Assembly: GCA_045651785.1 (NCBI GenBank)
Contig: JAZRTE010000102.1
Span: 1-55,641 of the forward strand
Reading direction: 5' to 3'
Origin: Eubacteriales bacterium
GTDB taxonomy: Bacteria; Bacillota; Clostridia; Oscillospirales; CAG-382
Length of the DNA: 55,641 nucleotides
The notes beneath the pieces are model-generated. The model was not told the DNA's origin, did not search any database, and saw nothing but the letters and a program-made list of their open reading frames with translations. Below are positions 52,977-55,641 of this stretch, piece by piece. The stretch's first letter is position 1. Every line of letters begins with the position of its first letter. The position numbers were made by a program, and so were the translations under genes.

Positions 52977-54026
52977 CTTATTATAATATTTATCCATAAC
53001 GTCCAAAACCTTAAGCATGGTTTCGGGCGCGCCTGCGTAATAGGCGGTGGGGTATTTTCCGACAAATTCGCCGAAGCCCTTTTCGTATGCGTAATAACGC
53101 GGAACGTATTCTTCCTTATTGAAGAATTGGTGGTCGATTTCCATTTCAAAGCCGATTTCGGTGTTCGAGGTCTTGACTCCGCCGATAATTTCGCCGTTGA
53201 TGTCAACGACCGCTTGCTTTCTCACGCAATCCGAAACGATTCTTATTTCGTCAACACGCGCAGGGTTGAAGAAGAACGAGGGTTGGATTATCGCGGTGTC
53301 GAAAATATCGGTGAGGTTTACGATGTGACCCATATTCTTCGAGGAGGAAGCCGCTTCGTGATAATAGGGTATCCAAAGCATATTCTTACCGAACGAGCGA
53401 ACACGGTCGGAAACGGTACGCATTGCATAAACTATCGGGTTGTTAAAGTTTTCCTCGGGCTTATCGTTATCAAAGCGCGTATATCCTGCGGTTACAACGT
53501 CCTCGCCCGAGAAGTAAATGCCCTGAACGTTGTTGTTCCAAATCTCCTCGCGCACGGTGTTCTTTATAAGGTCAACGGTATCTGCCCAAGCGGAAGCGAA
53601 AAGATGTGTAAGCGCGTGCCAGCATTCGCACATAGGCACCGAAAACCAAATTTTCACGTCCTTTTTGATAGCAACCAATCTTTCGGCATAAGCGTTTGCA
53701 TCGGCAACGTAATCCTTAACGTGGTAATTGCCCTTAAGAATCTTGTCGGCGGTCGCGTGATATTCCTTTTTAATGGTTTCCAAGCGATTGGGGTCGCCGA
53801 CCATATCGGGAGTCATTGCATCGATAATTTCGCGGGTTACGATTTCAACGTCGTTGCCGTTGCGGTCGGTAAAGCGGTTAAATACAATGATCGGTATAAG
53901 GAGTATTTCATCGGTGACCGCAAGAAGGCGAGAAAGCTCCTCGTCGGTAGGATTGTAATATTTCGTGTTACTGTAGCTGTTGTAGCTTGTATAAAGCAAA
54001 ACGCCTTTTTTCATCAATGTGCTCAT
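52974..54026 (-). CDS. Hypothetical cytoplasmic TIM-barrel-like protein, possibly DUF4855 family
   Basis: Start set at ATG 54026, which follows AAGGAG. Blocks LWIPYYHEA, YFSGEDV and FEMEID. The DUF4855 call is from memory and has low certainty. Confidence 0.6.
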   Translation of the reverse strand: MSTLMKKGVLLYTSYNSYSNTKYYNPTDEELSRLLAVTDEILLIPIIVFNRFTDRNGNDVEIVTREIIDAMTPDMVGDPNRLETIKKEYHATADKILKGNYHVKDYVADANAYAERLVAIKKDVKIWFSVPMCECWHALTHLFASAWADTVDLIKNTVREEIWNNNVQGIYFSGEDVVTAGYTRFDNDKPEENFNNPIVYAMRTVSDRVRSFGKNMLWIPYYHEAASSSKNMGHIVNLTDIFDTAIIQPSFFFNPARVDEIRIVSDCVRKQAVVDINGEIIGGVKTSNTEIGFEMEIDHQFFNKEEYVPRYYAYEKGFGEFVGKYPTAYYAGAPETMLKVLDVMDKYYNK

Positions 54027-54314
54027 TTTAAAATGCTCCTTTTCGGTATTTTTGAAAAAGGGGTTGACAAGCTTGGTTGGTTGTTGTAAACTAAACAAAG
54101 GTTGGTAATAATAAACCGAGCTTTATCAATCGGTTATAGCTTAAATCTTGATTTAATTATACCAAACAGGCATTTTTTGTCAATACAATTTTTTTGCATT
54201 AAAATTTTTTAAAGATATACAAACCTTTTCGATCTTTTTCCGACTATATTTACAAATCCATTACATTTTATTCTTATAATATAAGGGATCATATAAATAA
54301 GGAGTGATATTTTT

Positions 54315-55641
54315 ATGAAACGCTGTTTATGCTTATTACTCTCGGCACTGCTGCTTATTTCTTCGTTCGTTGCCTGCGGAGAAGAGATTGAAAGCTCCGC
54401 TTCGTCCGACGTATCGAAGGAATCGGAAAGCTCGTCGGTTACCTCCAAGGGCGAACAATTCGTAATCGACGTTGAATCCTCAACCGAAGTCTCGCTTGAC
54501 AGCTCAAGCGAAGCGATCGAATCAAGTGAGTCCGAGGGATCGAGCGAGCCCGAGGAATCGAGCGAACCCGAAACGAGTGAGTCCGAAACGAGTGAGCCGG
54601 ATGAAAATGAAGCGGTCGACGCGTTCCGTCTTTCGGGCATCGACGATTTTACCGACGATGACGCAACGCGCACCTACACCGTTTACGCGCCCTATACCGA
54701 TAAATACACCCTTAAAGGCAAAAACGTAAAGAGCATTACACTTTCGCAAAACGGCGAAACGGTCAAGAAATGCGAATCCGAAATGACGGTTTCCCTTACG
54801 GAAAACGAAATTTACACCCTCACCGTTACCACTAAAGAGGCAAACGCCGATTTCACTGTAACTACAACCGCAGAAAACCACAAGGTAACGCTTCCCTACG
54901 ATGTAGCCGAACCGACCGACATATCAAAATTCAACGTCAACGGCAGCTCCCCTCTCGTTCCCTCGAAGGTTGATTACATTAAGCGCGAGGGCGGAACCTA
55001 CGTTTATTCAAACAACCCCGAGCAATTCGGTTCACAGCACGTTGGCAAGGCGTTTATGCGTAACGAGGGTCTTTCGGGCGAGGTCTACGTTACCTTTGAG
55101 CATGCAAACTATTCGGGAAGCAACGCATACCTCGGTTATCAGCTTAAAAACGATACCGACCACGACGTTTATATTACGATAACCAACGTCGGATATCAAT
55201 GGATAGGCACTTGGTTCGGACAGCTTGCTTGGTATAAATTCTATAACACCTCATTTACACTTCCGAGCGATTATTTCAATGCAAACGGCTCGATCAGTTC
55301 AAAATATTCGGGGCTTGATTACGCATATCAAAAACACAACCCCCGTATATATCAGCCGACCACCTACCGTCTGCCTGCAGGCGAAAAGTTTTGGGTAATC
55401 GGCGGAACGACCTCCGATTCCTACCGCAACATAAATATTGACGGCTCGGCAAACAATTTCGTGAACCCCATTCGCTGTGCCAACGGCAACGTGAAATTCA
55501 CCGTTACGGGCGGCGAGGTCACCGGCACGATGTATTGCTATTCAAACCCGTCGCAAATTGCCGACGATCCCGAACCTATCGGATACGTTGCGGCAGGTTA
55601 TGCTCAACAGTATTCGGGCATCGCCTACCACCACGGCGTTA
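54315..55641 (+). CDS. Lipoprotein with Ser/Glu-rich linker, C-terminus beyond the window (not in the ORF track because no stop is reached)
   Basis: AAGGAG RBS, ATG 54315, lipobox SSFVAC, SSEPEESSEPETSESETSEP linker. The frame is open to nt 55641. The tracked minus ORF 54209-54673 is its antisense shadow. Confidence 0.8.
   Translation, partial: MKRCLCLLLSALLLISSFVACGEEIESSASSDVSKESESSSVTSKGEQFVIDVESSTEVSLDSSSEAIESSESEGSSEPEESSEPETSESETSEPDENEAVDAFRLSGIDDFTDDDATRTYTVYAPYTDKYTLKGKNVKSITLSQNGETVKKCESEMTVSLTENEIYTLTVTTKEANADFTVTTTAENHKVTLPYDVAEPTDISKFNVNGSSPLVPSKVDYIKREGGTYVYSNNPEQFGSQHVGKAFMRNEGLSGEVYVTFEHANYSGSNAYLGYQLKNDTDHDVYITITNVGYQWIGTWFGQLAWYKFYNTSFTLPSDYFNANGSISSKYSGLDYAYQKHNPRIYQPTTYRLPAGEKFWVIGGTTSDSYRNINIDGSANNFVNPIRCANGNVKFTVTGGEVTGTMYCYSNPSQIADDPEPIGYVAAGYAQQYSGIAYHHGV

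Noticed and set aside
54209-54673. 154-aa Ser-rich minus-strand ORF
   Set aside because: It is the antisense shadow of the Ser/Glu-linker region of the plus-strand lipoprotein gene. That gene starts at 54315 with an RBS and a lipobox and stays open to the window end.

Overview
This is a 55.6-kb chromosomal window from a Gram-positive, Clostridia-type anaerobe with roughly balanced GC (judged by eye, not computed). Lipoproteins with acidic Ser/Glu/Asp linkers, a cohesin-dockerin protein, TepA, YitT and GC-rich hairpin repeats suggest an Oscillospiraceae/Ruminococcaceae-like organism, but that taxon is inference. I can support 47 protein-coding genes (two cut by the window edges) and one tRNA-Ser(CGA). 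I found no rRNA, CRISPR array, transposase or integrase. Most of the content is housekeeping, envelope or glycan-related:
- a 2353-aa cyclic beta-1,2-glucan synthase-like giant protein, divergent from tepA;
- ABC and MATE exporters;
- an ECF sigma locus followed by an OmpR/HK two-component system;
- GH27, SGNH, DUF4434-discoidin, GH25 and PfkB kinase genes;
- a tightly packed 11-gene co-directional array starting polA, B12-radical SAM, rsmI and continuing through a cohesin/dockerin protein to an MBL hydrolase;
- an HD-domain dNTPase-like gene and a thiamine pyrophosphokinase gene;
- a right-end cluster of uncharacterised glycan-enzyme-like proteins.
The only clearly accessory-looking stretch is the visibly AT-rich left ~2.4 kb. 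It holds a truncated HTH gene, a TTAGAAT repeat array, a tRNA-Ser with an odd T-arm, tRNA fragments, and a small membrane protein plus an Imm52-like orphan. I did not find a recognisable defence system. The best candidate for an undescribed module is the ECF sigma locus at 17.5-19.6 kb, where the sigma gene is bracketed by two copies of one extracytoplasmic domain, one secreted and one membrane-anchored. Other points worth a look:
- an inverted pair of nested-hairpin repeats (10.4 kb);
- mirror-image duplicated divergent promoters (31.0 kb);
- an E2-like acyltransferase lacking the canonical catalytic His;
- a MATE gene translationally coupled to a methyltransferase-like gene.
All homology calls come from motif recognition by eye, with no database search.
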